Shown here: positions 20,733-30,485 of the stretch, piece after piece
How positions within the stretch are numbered: the first letter of the stretch is position 1
How the letters are laid out: each line of letters opens with the position of its first letter
From: Alphaproteobacteria bacterium
GTDB taxonomy: Bacteria > Pseudomonadota > Alphaproteobacteria > CALKHQ01
DNA length: 64,000 nucleotides
Direction: 5' to 3'
Assembly (NCBI GenBank): GCA_965227515.1
Contig: CBDDFZ010000001.1
Location: 2,400,001-2,464,000, forward strand
Notes under the pieces: generated by a model
The model's database searches: none
Seen by the model: the letters and a program-made list of their open reading frames with translations, nothing else
What the model was told of the DNA's origin: nothing
Position numbers and translations under genes: made by a program

Positions 20733-21307
20733 CCACCCGTCCAAAACGGATCAGGCCGCTGCACGTAGCGGCGGCCTGTGCTGCGGCCTGTCTGATCGGT
20801 GCTGGGGGGCTCCAGATCGGGCAGGCCGTGGCAGTTCACGACCGGGCGGCGGAGGGCCAGCAGATGGCCGCCGCCGTTTGGGATGACGGCGCGCCATTGG
20901 TCGAAAGCGCGCCGGTGGCGCGCCTGTCCGGCGACGGAAGCGATCTCTACATTCTGCCAGACGCCAGCCTGGAGACGTTGCAAGACGGGCCCGGGCTGTT
21001 CGCCGGCGTGGCGCCCGGCGAGATCGGGCTCAGCGTGATCGCGGGCCACCGCGAGACCCATTTCGCGTTCCTGGAGCACGTCGCGGTTGGCGACGTGATG
21101 CAGCTTTCTACGCCGGACGGCCAGGCCCAGGATTATGTGGTGGCCGACCGCCGGGTGGTCGACGGCCGCACCATGATGGTCGGCGGCAGCGGAGCCCGCA
21201 CGGGAGACACGCCGCGCCTGATGCTGGTCACGTGCTGGCCGTTCGACAGCACCGAGATCGGGCCGGAGCGGCTGATCGTGACCTTGGCACCGGCATCCGC
21301 CATCTGA
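20729..21307 (+). CDS. Proteobacterial (class GN-like) sortase
   Basis: IAGHRETHF, LVTCWPF, downstream catalytic Arg; N-terminal TM. Confidence 0.9.
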   Translation: MTTRPKRIRPLHVAAACAAACLIGAGGLQIGQAVAVHDRAAEGQQMAAAVWDDGAPLVESAPVARLSGDGSDLYILPDASLETLQDGPGLFAGVAPGEIGLSVIAGHRETHFAFLEHVAVGDVMQLSTPDGQAQDYVVADRRVVDGRTMMVGGSGARTGDTPRLMLVTCWPFDSTEIGPERLIVTLAPASAI

Positions 21308-21347
21308 TATCTGCCCGGGTGTCACGACACTTCCAAGGACGCTCGAC

Positions 21348-21923
21348 TTGTCGGTCACCCAGGACGCCACCTTGTTCAAGCTTCGCGACCATTTTCTCGG
21401 CTGGCAGTGCCGCATCCGCCAGCATGCCGTCCGCAACGAGGGTGGCCGCCCGCCGGATGGCGCCCGCCCGGCGGTGCATGCGCCCGATGGCAGCTTGCTC
21501 GCCGACGCCGTGACCCTGTTGATCGTGCGCCGGGACAGCGAGGACGATACCGCTGCGTTCCGCCACATCGTTAGTCGCACTCACGACCCGGCCGAGCGCT
21601 TCAAGAAGGCGATGGAGAAGCTGGCCGAGGCGTACTACCAGCAGGCCCGCGCCTTCTCAGACACCATGGGCGGCCTGTTCCGCGCCGATGCGCCGCTGGT
21701 CGCCGAACTGCGCGCCGCTGGCCGCTGTCGGCTGGTGTTCGGCCAGTTCAGCCAGCGATACGACCTGGCATGCGATGTGAGCGTGGCCGGAAAGGACGAC
21801 CCGTTGTGGCAGGCGGTCTACTGGCACAGCGCGATGTTCAATCCCGCGATCCCCGGCGACATCGCCGTGCTCGGCTTCACGCCACGCTGGGTCGACAGCC
21901 AGGCGGACCCGCCGCCGCGCTAG
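21348..21923 (+). CDS. Hypothetical protein
   Basis: 191-aa ORF (FLGWQCRIRQ..R..GGRP; YWHSAMFNP) with typical codon usage. Confidence 0.7.
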   Translation: MSVTQDATLFKLRDHFLGWQCRIRQHAVRNEGGRPPDGARPAVHAPDGSLLADAVTLLIVRRDSEDDTAAFRHIVSRTHDPAERFKKAMEKLAEAYYQQARAFSDTMGGLFRADAPLVAELRAAGRCRLVFGQFSQRYDLACDVSVAGKDDPLWQAVYWHSAMFNPAIPGDIAVLGFTPRWVDSQADPPPR

Positions 21924-21981
21924 TCGGGCCCCCGGCGCAGGTCGCTGTTTGCCCGGATCATTGCCTCTCGTGATGCCACGG

Positions 21982-22011
21982 CCTATACGATCCATATATG
22001 GATCGTATAGG
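21982..22011. promoter_or_regulatory. Perfect 30-bp palindrome, probable operator
   Basis: CCTATACGATCCATA|TATGGATCGTATAGG abutting the RBS of the ParD-like gene. Confidence 0.7.
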
Positions 22012-22020
22012 GAGGGCCGC

Positions 22021-22233
22021 ATGGGCATCGTGAACATAGACGACGACTTGCACGTCCAGGTGCGCCGGGCGAGCAAGGTGACGTGCCGCTCGATCAACGC
22101 GCAGGCCGCCTACTGGATCAAGATCGGCATGCTGTGCGAGACCAATCCGACGCTCAGCTTCAATGAGATCATGGAGCGCGAGTTCGGCGCCGCCGGCGTA
22201 TCGCCGCCGCCGCTCGCCGTGGGCAACGCATGA
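22021..22233 (+). CDS. ParD-like family RHH protein
   Basis: MGIVNIDDDLH..R......RSINAQAAYWIKIG. Confidence 0.85.
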   Translation: MGIVNIDDDLHVQVRRASKVTCRSINAQAAYWIKIGMLCETNPTLSFNEIMEREFGAAGVSPPPLAVGNA

Positions 22234-23000
22234 CCAAGCAACCGCACGAACTGGCCCTGCTGGCCGAGTCTGGCCGGTTGCTGGCGTCGGTGTTCGGGCT
22301 GCTCGATCGAACGCCGCTTGCTGGGCTGTCGACGCTTCAGGTCAACGACATGGTCGAACGCTTCATCGTCGACGACCTGCAAGCCCGGCCGGCGAGCAAG
22401 GGCCAGTACGGCTACGGCTATGTCCTGAATGCCTCGATCAACGACGAGGTCTGCCACGGTGTGCCGTCGCAATCGAAGGTGCTGCGGGACGGTGACATCG
22501 TGAACTTCGACATCACGCTGGAGAAGAACGGCTACATTGCGGACTCCAGCAAGACGTACCTGGTCGGCGAGGTGAACCCCGCCGCTAGAAGGCTGGTCAA
22601 GGCGACCTATGATGCGATGTGGAGGGGCATTCGGGCGGTGCGCCCAGGCGCGCGTCTGGGGGACATCGGCTGGGCCATCGAACGCCACGCCAAGCGAAAC
22701 GGCTATTCGGTCGTGCGTGAGTATTGCGGCCATGGCATCGGTCGCGAGATGCACGAGGCGCCGCAGGTCTTGCACTTTGGCAAGCCGGGCACCGGCCTGG
22801 CGCTGCGTGAAGGCATGGTCTTCACGATCGAGCCGATGCTGAACCGCGGCCGTCGAAACGTGAAGACCGAGGCCGACGGCTGGACAGTCGTGACCCGCGA
22901 CGGCTCGCTATCCGCGCAGTTCGAGCATACGGTCGCCGTCACCGCGTCCGGCGTGTCGGTGCTGACCCTGCGCCCCGACGAAGCGGTCCCCGGCAACTAG
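22230..23000 (+). CDS. map: Type I methionine aminopeptidase
   Basis: SINDEVCHGVP, DIT, DSS, CGHGIG, FTIEPM, SAQFEHT. Confidence 0.95.
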   Translation: MTKQPHELALLAESGRLLASVFGLLDRTPLAGLSTLQVNDMVERFIVDDLQARPASKGQYGYGYVLNASINDEVCHGVPSQSKVLRDGDIVNFDITLEKNGYIADSSKTYLVGEVNPAARRLVKATYDAMWRGIRAVRPGARLGDIGWAIERHAKRNGYSVVREYCGHGIGREMHEAPQVLHFGKPGTGLALREGMVFTIEPMLNRGRRNVKTEADGWTVVTRDGSLSAQFEHTVAVTASGVSVLTLRPDEAVPGN

Positions 23001-23007
23001 ACTCCGT

Positions 23008-23097
23008 GTAGCCCGGGTGGAGCGGAGTGTAACCCGGGGCGAACGCAATGGCTGACTCGGTGAAGCCCTGGGTTTCGCTGCGCTTCACCCAGGCTAC
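23008..23097. repeat. GTAG-type REP doublet
   Basis: GTAGCCCGGGTGGAGCGG...CGCTTCACCCAGGCTAC. Confidence 0.8.
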
Positions 23098-23131
23098 GGC
23101 TCGGCGCGTTATCTTGCGTCCACGTGGCGTG

Positions 23132-23259
23132 CTCGATCGGGATCAGCTTACGCTGAATCTGCGCCAGCCCTCTCCCCCACCCGGCCACCCAGCAGGATAC
23201 TCTCGTGGGCGGCCGGGTGGGGGAGAGGGCCGGTGCCGACTGAAATGATCGTGCGCTAG
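23132..23259 (+). mobile_element. MITE copy 3
   Basis: Same family as copy 1; right end CTAG contains the exoD stop. Confidence 0.85.
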
Positions 23260-23864
23260 AAGAAACTGAGCAGCCAGTCGATGGCCTGCTCGCCGATCCA
23301 GTACAGGAACCAGATGCCGAAGATGCCGATGGCCGTGCCGCCCAGCACGAACCGGCCGTCGCGCTCCAGCAGCCCGATGCCGATGGCGCACAGACCGTAG
23401 GCCGGCAGCAGGTTCGAGAACGGCAGCGGCGCCGCCAGCACAATGGCGAAGACGATCGAGAGAACGCCGAACACGATCTCGCCGGACCGGCCCAGCACGC
23501 CCTCCACGCTCGGCTTGCACAGCCGCTCCACCTTGCGCAGGTAGGGCAGGCAGACATTGACCACCTTGTTGAACTTGGCCCGGCTGATCTCCTTCTGCCG
23601 CACCTTGCGCGGCAGGGTCGGGTGGTGCTTTCCGACCATCCACTGATAGGCCAGGATCATCATCGGCACGCCGAACAGCGTGGAGACGCCCGGGATCATC
23701 GGGATCGGCGGCAGGTTCGGTATCGCCAGCAGGATGAACAGCAAACCGAAGCCACGATGCCTCAGCGCGTCCATGATCTCTTCGATGGTGATGGTTTCGG
23801 GCTCTTCCGCCTCAACCAGATTGGCAAGCACCGTCGATGCGTTGTCGGAGTGTTTAGCGGACAC
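23256..23864 (-). CDS. exoD: ExoD-family membrane protein
   Basis: RGFGLLFILLAIP, PGVSTLFG, LPFSNLLP, LLERDG; GTG start with AGGAAG RBS. Confidence 0.9.
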   Translation of the reverse strand: MSAKHSDNASTVLANLVEAEEPETITIEEIMDALRHRGFGLLFILLAIPNLPPIPMIPGVSTLFGVPMMILAYQWMVGKHHPTLPRKVRQKEISRAKFNKVVNVCLPYLRKVERLCKPSVEGVLGRSGEIVFGVLSIVFAIVLAAPLPFSNLLPAYGLCAIGIGLLERDGRFVLGGTAIGIFGIWFLYWIGEQAIDWLLSFF

Positions 23865-24157
23865 GGCTTCCTGGCGTCGATGTATGAGCTGCGCCCTTGC
23901 CGGCCGCTGAGCCCATTGTAGGCAGCAGTCTTGCTGCTCGGCAACCTGGCTTCGCTGCTTAACCAAGGCGCTTGACGTTGATCGCCGGACAGCGATAACG
24001 CGGTCGCAGGCTTCTACCTTACAGACCTGTAATTGTTAAGCATTTGATTCCCCCGTTTTCAGCGTCTATGCACGATTCCGGGACAGGTCAGGCAGACGCG
24101 TCGGTCCAACGCACGCGGCGGCGTTAAGGGCCGGGCAATTGGGGAATCGGAGGTTCG

Positions 24158-24862
24158 ATGCATAAATCGTTGGTGACGCTGCTGCTGGCAGCGGTCATGG
24201 TGGCTGCGTGCATGCCGCAACAGCGCTCGTTCGCGAAACGCGACACCACAGGCGGGGTCGGCGACCAGATTGCGTCGCTGATCGAAATGGGCTCGACGCC
24301 ACCGCAATCGTCGCAACCGGCCCAGCCATCCCAGTACGAAGATGCCTGCCTGGCCGAGCTGGAGCGTCTTGGCGCCGTGTTCGCGCCGACCGAGCCGGTC
24401 CACACGTCGCGTGGCTGCGGCATGGACAATCCCGTGGTGATCACCGCGGGTGTTGCGGAGATCGGCCCCTCGGTCGAGGTCAACTGCCCGATGGCGCTGC
24501 TGTGGCGGAACTTCGACGAGAACGTCCTGCAGTCCCTGGCCGACGAGATGTTCGGGGAGCCTATTGTCTACGTGCGCCAGTTCGCCGGCTATACCTGCCG
24601 CAACAGCACCGGCAATTCAGCCAAGCTGTCGCGCCATGCCTACGGCAATGCGATGGATATCGCGTCGTTCGAGTTGGCCGACGGTACCGAGATTTCGGTC
24701 GAGGACGATTTCTATGACAGTGGCGAGAAGGGCCAGTTCCTGCGCGCCTTTGCCGAGAGCGCCTGCGCCTACTTCAATGTGGTGCTGACGCCGAACTCCG
24801 ACTCCGCGCACTACAACCACTTCCACGTCGACATCGGCGAAACGTCGATCTGCAGCTTGTAG
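24158..24862 (+). CDS. Extensin-like C-terminal domain lipoprotein
   Basis: Lipobox VAAC; YTCRN, SRHAYGNAMDI, LTPNSD.AHYNHFHVD. Confidence 0.85.
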   Translation: MHKSLVTLLLAAVMVAACMPQQRSFAKRDTTGGVGDQIASLIEMGSTPPQSSQPAQPSQYEDACLAELERLGAVFAPTEPVHTSRGCGMDNPVVITAGVAEIGPSVEVNCPMALLWRNFDENVLQSLADEMFGEPIVYVRQFAGYTCRNSTGNSAKLSRHAYGNAMDIASFELADGTEISVEDDFYDSGEKGQFLRAFAESACAYFNVVLTPNSDSAHYNHFHVDIGETSICSL

Positions 24863-24895
24863 CGGTCGCTCTGCTCGATCCCTCTATCAAATAAT

Positions 24896-25197
24896 GTCGT
24901 CGCCCTCGGCCTTGTGCCGAGGCCCATTCGTATGCGGTGCGCATCGCGTCTAGAGCATGATCATTTAAGTCGGCACCGGCCCTCTCCCCCACCCGGCCGC
25001 CCAACGACAGTATCCTGCTGGGTGGCCGGGTGGGGGAGAGGGCCGGCGCAGATTCAGCGTAAGCTGATCCCGATCTAATGTTCGCTCGTAGCCGTTGCAA
25101 CCATGCACGCCGGCAAGCGGCCATGCCGTTCAGCGACCCAACACAAACCATGGCGTCATGGACATGAATGGGTCCTCGCCACACGGGCGAGGACGAC
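24896..25197. repeat. CGTC-type REP doublet with a MITE in its spacer
   Basis: GTCGTCGCCCTCGGC..GCCGAGGCCCATT (24896-24928) and AATGGGTCCTCGCC..GGCGAGGACGAC (25167-25197). Confidence 0.7.
24950..25078 (-). mobile_element. MITE copy 4
   Basis: CTAGAGCATGATCA...TGATCCCGATCTAA. Confidence 0.85.
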
Positions 25198-25248
25198 AAA
25201 TGAGTTCAGATTGGCGGTGCGGGGCCAGCACGCCAATCGCAACGCGAT

Positions 25249-26448
25249 CTAACCCTTCAACAAGCCGTCTAGTGGCATAACCCCACTGCTTCCCGGAAAC
25301 ACGGTTTCGGCAAGCTGGGCCTCGCTGAGGCCGAGCTGGCCGGCGAGCAGGCCCTTCAGGATTGCGCGCAAGTCTGTGGTCGGCCGCAGGTCCCGGCCCT
25401 CGTGCAGGTCCGACTGCGCCAGGCCGGGCCAATCCGCCAGCACCCGGCCGCCGGCGACGGCACCACCGCCGAGCAGCGCCACCGCGCCGGTGCCGTGATC
25501 GGTGCCGCCGGTGCCGTTCGGTGCTGCCGTACGGCCGAACTCGGTCATAGCGGCGATGGCAGTGCGGTCCCAGACGCTTCCCAGCGACCCGCGAAGCCCG
25601 ACCAGGGCGGCGGTCAGGTCGTCCAGTGCGCGGCCGAAGCGGCCGGTCTCGCGGCCCTGGTTGGCGTGGGTGTCCCAGCCCGAAAGCTCCAGCACGGCCA
25701 CGCGCGGCCCGTCCGGGTTGGACAGCAGGCTGCCGGCAGCCGCCACCATCTCCTCATAGGCGATGCGATTGCGGCCGCCGCCGCCGCCGCCATCCATCGA
25801 GCCGCCGGCCTCGTCGACCAGCATGTTGGCGGCTAGGCCGTCCGCCAGTGCGCGCGACAGCACCGGATCGCGGGCATAAAGGTCGGTCAGCGTGTCGATC
25901 AGGTGCGCATTGGCCGCGGGCAACCGGGACGGCGCCCAGGTGGCGACCGAAGTGCCGCCGCGCAGGATCAGGGGCACGGTCTGGCCGACCGCCAGTCCCA
26001 CTCGTGCGCCGCCGCCTGCTAGCAGCGCGAGCGCCCGGTTCAACCAGCCGTCATTGGCGCTGTTGGCCGCCGTCGCGCCGTTCTCCAGCACATCCTGGGC
26101 ATCGAAGTGCGAACGGTCGCGATAGGGCGTGGCGACCGCATGCACCGGCAACAGGTCGCCGGCCCGATACCAGGCGTCCAGTGGCGCCAGCGATGGATGC
26201 AGTGCGAAGAAGCCGTCCAGCGCGACGGTCTCGTCCAGGGCGAGATTGTCCCTGAGCGCGCGGTAGCGCGAATCGCCGATCGGCGGCACGGCGGCCAGGC
26301 CGTCCATTGCGCCGCGCAGCAGGATGACAACGAGCCGGTTGTCGGTCGGCGCGTTGGCGAGCGTCGCGCGGGGTGCGGCTGCGGCCAGGCCGGCCGCACC
26401 GGCGGTGGCGGCCAGGAATGTCCGCCGGGACAGGGTCGGGGTGCGCAT
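25249..26448 (-). CDS. DUF1501 protein, Tat-exported
   Basis: SRRTFL, LRGAMDGL, RSHFDAQ, GWDTH, EFGRT, GTDHG. Confidence 0.9.
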   Translation of the reverse strand: MRTPTLSRRTFLAATAGAAGLAAAAPRATLANAPTDNRLVVILLRGAMDGLAAVPPIGDSRYRALRDNLALDETVALDGFFALHPSLAPLDAWYRAGDLLPVHAVATPYRDRSHFDAQDVLENGATAANSANDGWLNRALALLAGGGARVGLAVGQTVPLILRGGTSVATWAPSRLPAANAHLIDTLTDLYARDPVLSRALADGLAANMLVDEAGGSMDGGGGGGRNRIAYEEMVAAAGSLLSNPDGPRVAVLELSGWDTHANQGRETGRFGRALDDLTAALVGLRGSLGSVWDRTAIAAMTEFGRTAAPNGTGGTDHGTGAVALLGGGAVAGGRVLADWPGLAQSDLHEGRDLRPTTDLRAILKGLLAGQLGLSEAQLAETVFPGSSGVMPLDGLLKG

Positions 26449-26451
26449 CGG

Positions 26452-27771
26452 CTACCTCCTCTGGAATGCGGGGCTGGCGAACAGCACGGCCAAGCCCTCG
26501 GCGGCGCTGGGTGCCCGTTCCACGTGAAACTGAGTGAGCGTCGATGCGACCGGCCACACCGTGCTGCGCCCGATCGCCACCGGATCGGCAAGGCCGCCGA
26601 CGCGGTCGCCCAGGGTCGCCGCCCAGTCGATCCGCTGCACGATCGCCTCCGGTCCGGCCCAGGCTTCCGCAATGTCCGGCCAGCCCTCCGGCGACGGCGC
26701 CATCAGCGGCATCTGGCCCATCAGGTAGAGCGAGCCGATCACCGGATCGCCCACCTCCGGCGCGCCGAGCGCGCGCAGCGCCGAGATCACCAGATCGTTC
26801 GGGGTCTTGATCTTGGGCAGCGGGTCTTCATCGTCGATGTAGTCGATCAGAGCGTCCGCCATGGCCGCCAGGTCGCCGTCGGTCGACGTGAACACCTTGG
26901 TCAGGTGCTCCACGGCGGACGCCGGTGGATTGTCGGCGATGAAATGGCGGGCGAGCTTGGTCGACACGAACCGCGCGGTCGAGGGATGGCGCGCGAGCAT
27001 GGTCAGCGCCGCTTCCACCTCATCCTGGCCGTTCTCGGTGAAGGTCTGGCCGAGCAGGACCTTGTTGCCCGGCTCGTGAATGAACGGGCGGTACATGAAC
27101 GCACCGGCGTTTTCGTCGCGCAGGCGGCCGACCGACCAGCCGGTCAGGATCTTGGCCAGCTCGCGCACGTCGTCCTGGGTATAGCCGCCGTCGACGCCCA
27201 GGGTGTGCAACTCGAGCAGTTCGCGGGCCAGGTTCTCGTTCAGCCCGCGTTCGTCGCTGCCCGCGCGCGAGTTCGGGCCGATGGACTGGGCGTTGTCCAG
27301 GTAGATCAGCATCGCCGGGTGGCCGACCACCGCGCGCAGCATGTCGCGGAAGCGCCCGGTCACGTGCGGGCGGATCGCCTCGTTCTCGAACGGGATCGCG
27401 CCGATGGTCAGCAGCGGCTTGGTCGCCGACACGGTGAAGTGGTTGGACCAGAAATGGACCAGGCGTTCCAAGAACGGCGTATCGGTCGCCACCGCCGCCT
27501 CTGTCCGCGCCAGCGCATCGGCGCGGTAGGTCTCGCGCCCCAGGATGCGCAGTTGCTCGGCAAGATCGTTGTTCTGCGCGACCAGGCGCCTGATCTCGGC
27601 CACGCGGTCCGGCAGCGGCTTCAGGGCGGCCAGCCGCTGGGGAACGGCCGGTGTCTGGGCCAGTTGCGCGCGCAGCCAACCGCGCGGGTCTCTGCCGATT
27701 TGGGCCAGCTCGCCCGGCATGGCGCCATAGCCAAACCGATTGGCGGCGATGGCGGCTTGTACCGTGGTCAT
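26452..27771 (-). CDS. DUF1800 protein
   Basis: ERLVHFWSNHF, MLIYLDN, NENLARELLELHTLG. Confidence 0.9.
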   Translation of the reverse strand: MTTVQAAIAANRFGYGAMPGELAQIGRDPRGWLRAQLAQTPAVPQRLAALKPLPDRVAEIRRLVAQNNDLAEQLRILGRETYRADALARTEAAVATDTPFLERLVHFWSNHFTVSATKPLLTIGAIPFENEAIRPHVTGRFRDMLRAVVGHPAMLIYLDNAQSIGPNSRAGSDERGLNENLARELLELHTLGVDGGYTQDDVRELAKILTGWSVGRLRDENAGAFMYRPFIHEPGNKVLLGQTFTENGQDEVEAALTMLARHPSTARFVSTKLARHFIADNPPASAVEHLTKVFTSTDGDLAAMADALIDYIDDEDPLPKIKTPNDLVISALRALGAPEVGDPVIGSLYLMGQMPLMAPSPEGWPDIAEAWAGPEAIVQRIDWAATLGDRVGGLADPVAIGRSTVWPVASTLTQFHVERAPSAAEGLAVLFASPAFQRR

Positions 27772-28241
27772 CGGGTCTGCCTCCAAGATTCGAGGACGGC
27801 CGCGCGCTGGTCTGCGTCCAGCGTTGCCAGGGCCGTGGCGAAAATGTCGTGCAGCGTTTCCTGGATGTCCGTGGTGCGGTCGCGCACCTGCTGCAACTGG
27901 CCATCCAGGGCCGCACGGTCGAAGGGCTCGGCGAGCAGGACGGTGGCGATGCCGAGGCGGGCCTGCCGCAAGGCCACGAACAGGCCACGCACCTCGGACG
28001 TCCTGCTGTCGAATTCGGCGCGGACGATGGGGCGGATGTCGTCGGGCAGGCGGCGCAACAACTGCTCCATGCCGGACATATTGACCGCCTGCGCGCCCAG
28101 GCTCTGGCCGCCGGATTGGCCGCCACCGTCATTGCCGGTGATGGCGCGGCCGGCGGCGAACCCCACCACCAGCATGTTGGCGCTGAGCGACAATGCCAGC
28201 AGCACGAGGAGGCCGATGGCCCATCCACCGCGAATCGTCAT
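27768..28241 (-). CDS. Periplasmic heavy-metal sensor / Spy-CpxP-like protein
   Basis: LALSLSANMLVVG TM, AEPFDRAAL, TLDADQR. Confidence 0.8.
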   Translation of the reverse strand: MTIRGGWAIGLLVLLALSLSANMLVVGFAAGRAITGNDGGGQSGGQSLGAQAVNMSGMEQLLRRLPDDIRPIVRAEFDSRTSEVRGLFVALRQARLGIATVLLAEPFDRAALDGQLQQVRDRTTDIQETLHDIFATALATLDADQRAAVLESWRQTR

Positions 28242-28735
28242 CACAGGGCGTCCGCGTTCTCGCCGGCGCGCGCGGGGCCGAACATCAGGGCATCGAACTC
28301 CTGCACGGTCAGCTCGTAGCTGGCCGAGGGGCCGTCGAGCGCGTCGATGTGAATGTCGGTGGTGCCCAGGTAGAAGCCGACCGACAGCGACGCCGCGAGG
28401 GTGGCGCTGGCGCCGATCCAGGCCGGGCGCATCAACGACGACAGCCAACCGGCTGTGCGAGGCGCACTCTGGCGCGCGGTTGCGGGGGCGGCCTCGGCCT
28501 CGGCCTCTGGCTCCATGTCCAGCCGGGCCATCACCGATTGCGCGAAGTCGTCGGACACGCGGGACGGGGCGGCGTCGCGCAGCGCCTGTTCGAAGGCGCG
28601 GGCGCGCCGGTGGAGGTCCGCGGCGTCCGGCGATCCGGCGATCAGCCGCTCGGCGGCGGCCCGGTCGCGCGGCGGCCATGCGGACAGGTCGGCGCCACGT
28701 GCATCCAACAGGTCCTGGAGTTTGGTCAGTTTCAT
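28241..28735 (-). CDS. Putative anti-sigma factor
   Basis: LLDARGADLSAWP N-terminus, single TM, directly downstream of the ECF sigma. Confidence 0.75.
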   Translation of the reverse strand: MKLTKLQDLLDARGADLSAWPPRDRAAAERLIAGSPDAADLHRRARAFEQALRDAAPSRVSDDFAQSVMARLDMEPEAEAEAAPATARQSAPRTAGWLSSLMRPAWIGASATLAASLSVGFYLGTTDIHIDALDGPSASYELTVQEFDALMFGPARAGENADAL

Positions 28736-28773
28736 CGCTTCAGTTCCCCACTGCATCTTCCCCACGGCACGCT

Positions 28774-29508
28774 CTACCAATCGGCTGCCAACGATTGGCG
28801 CATGGCGCGCTTTGCCCGGATCAACAGCGATTCCAGGGCCTTCACACTGATATTCATCGTGTCCGCCGCGTCCCGGTTGCTGATGCCGGCGCCGAAGCAG
28901 AGTGCGATGGCCTGCCGTTGCGCGTCCGGCAGGGCCTGGGTCGCGGCGGCCAGCGCATCGGCCCGCCGCGAGTCTTCAAGCTCGGCGTGCGGGTCGGGGC
29001 GTTCGTCCATCGGCTCGGCGACGTCGTCGATGGCGGTCTGCGGACGGCGGCGACGCTGGCGGTCGATGCAGGCGTTGGTGACCACCCGATAGAGCCAGGT
29101 GGAAAACTGTGCGCGGCCCGGCTCCCAGGCGCCGGCACGGTGCCAGGCGCGGATGAACGCGTCCTGCACCGCATCCTCCGCATCCGCGCGGTTGCCGAGC
29201 AGGCGCACGGCGACGGCAAAGGCGCGATCGGCATGGCGGTCCATAAGTTCGGCGAACGCGGCCCTGTCCCCCTGGGCACAGCGGGCGATCAGGGCGTCGT
29301 CGGAGTCCGCCGCCTGGTGGTCGCGGCCGATCATGGGGGCGACGGAGCGGCGCGGAACGTCGCGCGATGAGGAACGCGTGGCATGGGCCGGGGCGCTGGG
29401 CCGCACGCAGCGGCCGATTGTGGTCCACAGATCGGCCCATTGTCCGCCATCGGCGCCGCCAATGGCAACGTCCCCGATGGCAAAGTTGAGCGTCGTCGCG
29501 GCATTCAT
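28774..29508 (-). CDS. ECF RNA polymerase sigma factor
   Basis: DAEDAVQDAF, FSTWLYRVVTN, region 4 LESLLIRAKR; GGAGG RBS at this start. Confidence 0.9.
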   Translation of the reverse strand: MNAATTLNFAIGDVAIGGADGGQWADLWTTIGRCVRPSAPAHATRSSSRDVPRRSVAPMIGRDHQAADSDDALIARCAQGDRAAFAELMDRHADRAFAVAVRLLGNRADAEDAVQDAFIRAWHRAGAWEPGRAQFSTWLYRVVTNACIDRQRRRRPQTAIDDVAEPMDERPDPHAELEDSRRADALAAATQALPDAQRQAIALCFGAGISNRDAADTMNISVKALESLLIRAKRAMRQSLAADW

Positions 29509-29729
29509 GCCTCACCTCCAGAACCGGTCCCGGGCAGTACCGCACCCGGGCGGCTTGCAAGGTGATACGCCGCGACCGGGGAAACCCTGCGCGACGTGGC
29601 AAGATTTTTTCGTCGGTCGTGTCGGCGCTATCGGGTCCAGGCGGCCGGACCAGCCCGGAATCGGCACCGGCCCCAACGATGTGGGGCCGGCGCGGCATCG
29701 GGCAGTGGATCGGAGGTAGGTCGGAAGTC

Positions 29730-30485
29730 TTAGGCAGCCTTGGGCTGCGGCATCTGGTCCGGGCGCAGCTCGCGGTCGACGCGGGTGGCCAGGATGTAGC
29801 CGACATTGCGCACCGTCTTGATCAGGCTGGGGCGCGCGGCGTCCTGCTCGATCTTCTTGCGCAGGCGGCCGACCAGCACGTCGATGGAGCGGTCGAACGG
29901 GTTCCATTCCCGCTCCTTGGTCGCCGCCATCAGCTCGTCGCGGCTGAGCGGCCGGTTCGGCGACTCCGCCAGCAGCTTCAACAGATCGAACTCGGCGGTG
30001 GTCAGCGAAACCTCGCCATGACGGGCATGCGACAAATTGCGATGGGTGACGTCCAGGCTCCAGTCGCCGAACCGCAGCACCGTGTCTTCGAAATGCGGTT
30101 GCTGGACGACGGCGGCCTTGGAGCGCCGCAGCACGCTGTGCACGCGGGCCAGCAGCTCGCGCATCTCGAACGGCTTGCCGATGTAGTCGTCGGCGCCCGA
30201 CTCCAGGCCCATCACGCGGTCGATCAGGGTGTTCTGCGCGGTAATCATGATCACCGGCGTGTCGTGGTGCAGGCGCAGGTCGCGCAGCAGGTCGACGCCG
30301 CTGCCGTCCGGCAGCTTCAGATCCAGCAGGATCAGATCGAAATTCGTGCGCGTCATGGCGCGGTGCATCTCGCGGGCGGAGCCGGCCAGTTCAACAGTGT
30401 GGCCGTCGTCGCTCAACAGCCGGTCGAGCAGCGACTGCACTGTCAGGTCGTCATCGACCACAAGTATGTTTGCGAAAACGGTCAT
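29730..30485 (-). CDS. OmpR-family response regulator
   Basis: VVDDD, LLDL, GADDYIGKPF, RSIDVLVGRLRKKIE, TVRNVGY. Confidence 0.95.
   Translation of the reverse strand: MTVFANILVVDDDLTVQSLLDRLLSDDGHTVELAGSAREMHRAMTRTNFDLILLDLKLPDGSGVDLLRDLRLHHDTPVIMITAQNTLIDRVMGLESGADDYIGKPFEMRELLARVHSVLRRSKAAVVQQPHFEDTVLRFGDWSLDVTHRNLSHARHGEVSLTTAEFDLLKLLAESPNRPLSRDELMAATKEREWNPFDRSIDVLVGRLRKKIEQDAARPSLIKTVRNVGYILATRVDRELRPDQMPQPKAA

Noticed and set aside
26107-29370. 1087-aa plus-strand ORF, and similar long antisense ORFs across nuo, VIT, argS and rnj
   Set aside because: Shadow frames of well-supported opposite-strand genes in high-GC DNA; Arg/Ala/Gly-rich with no motifs
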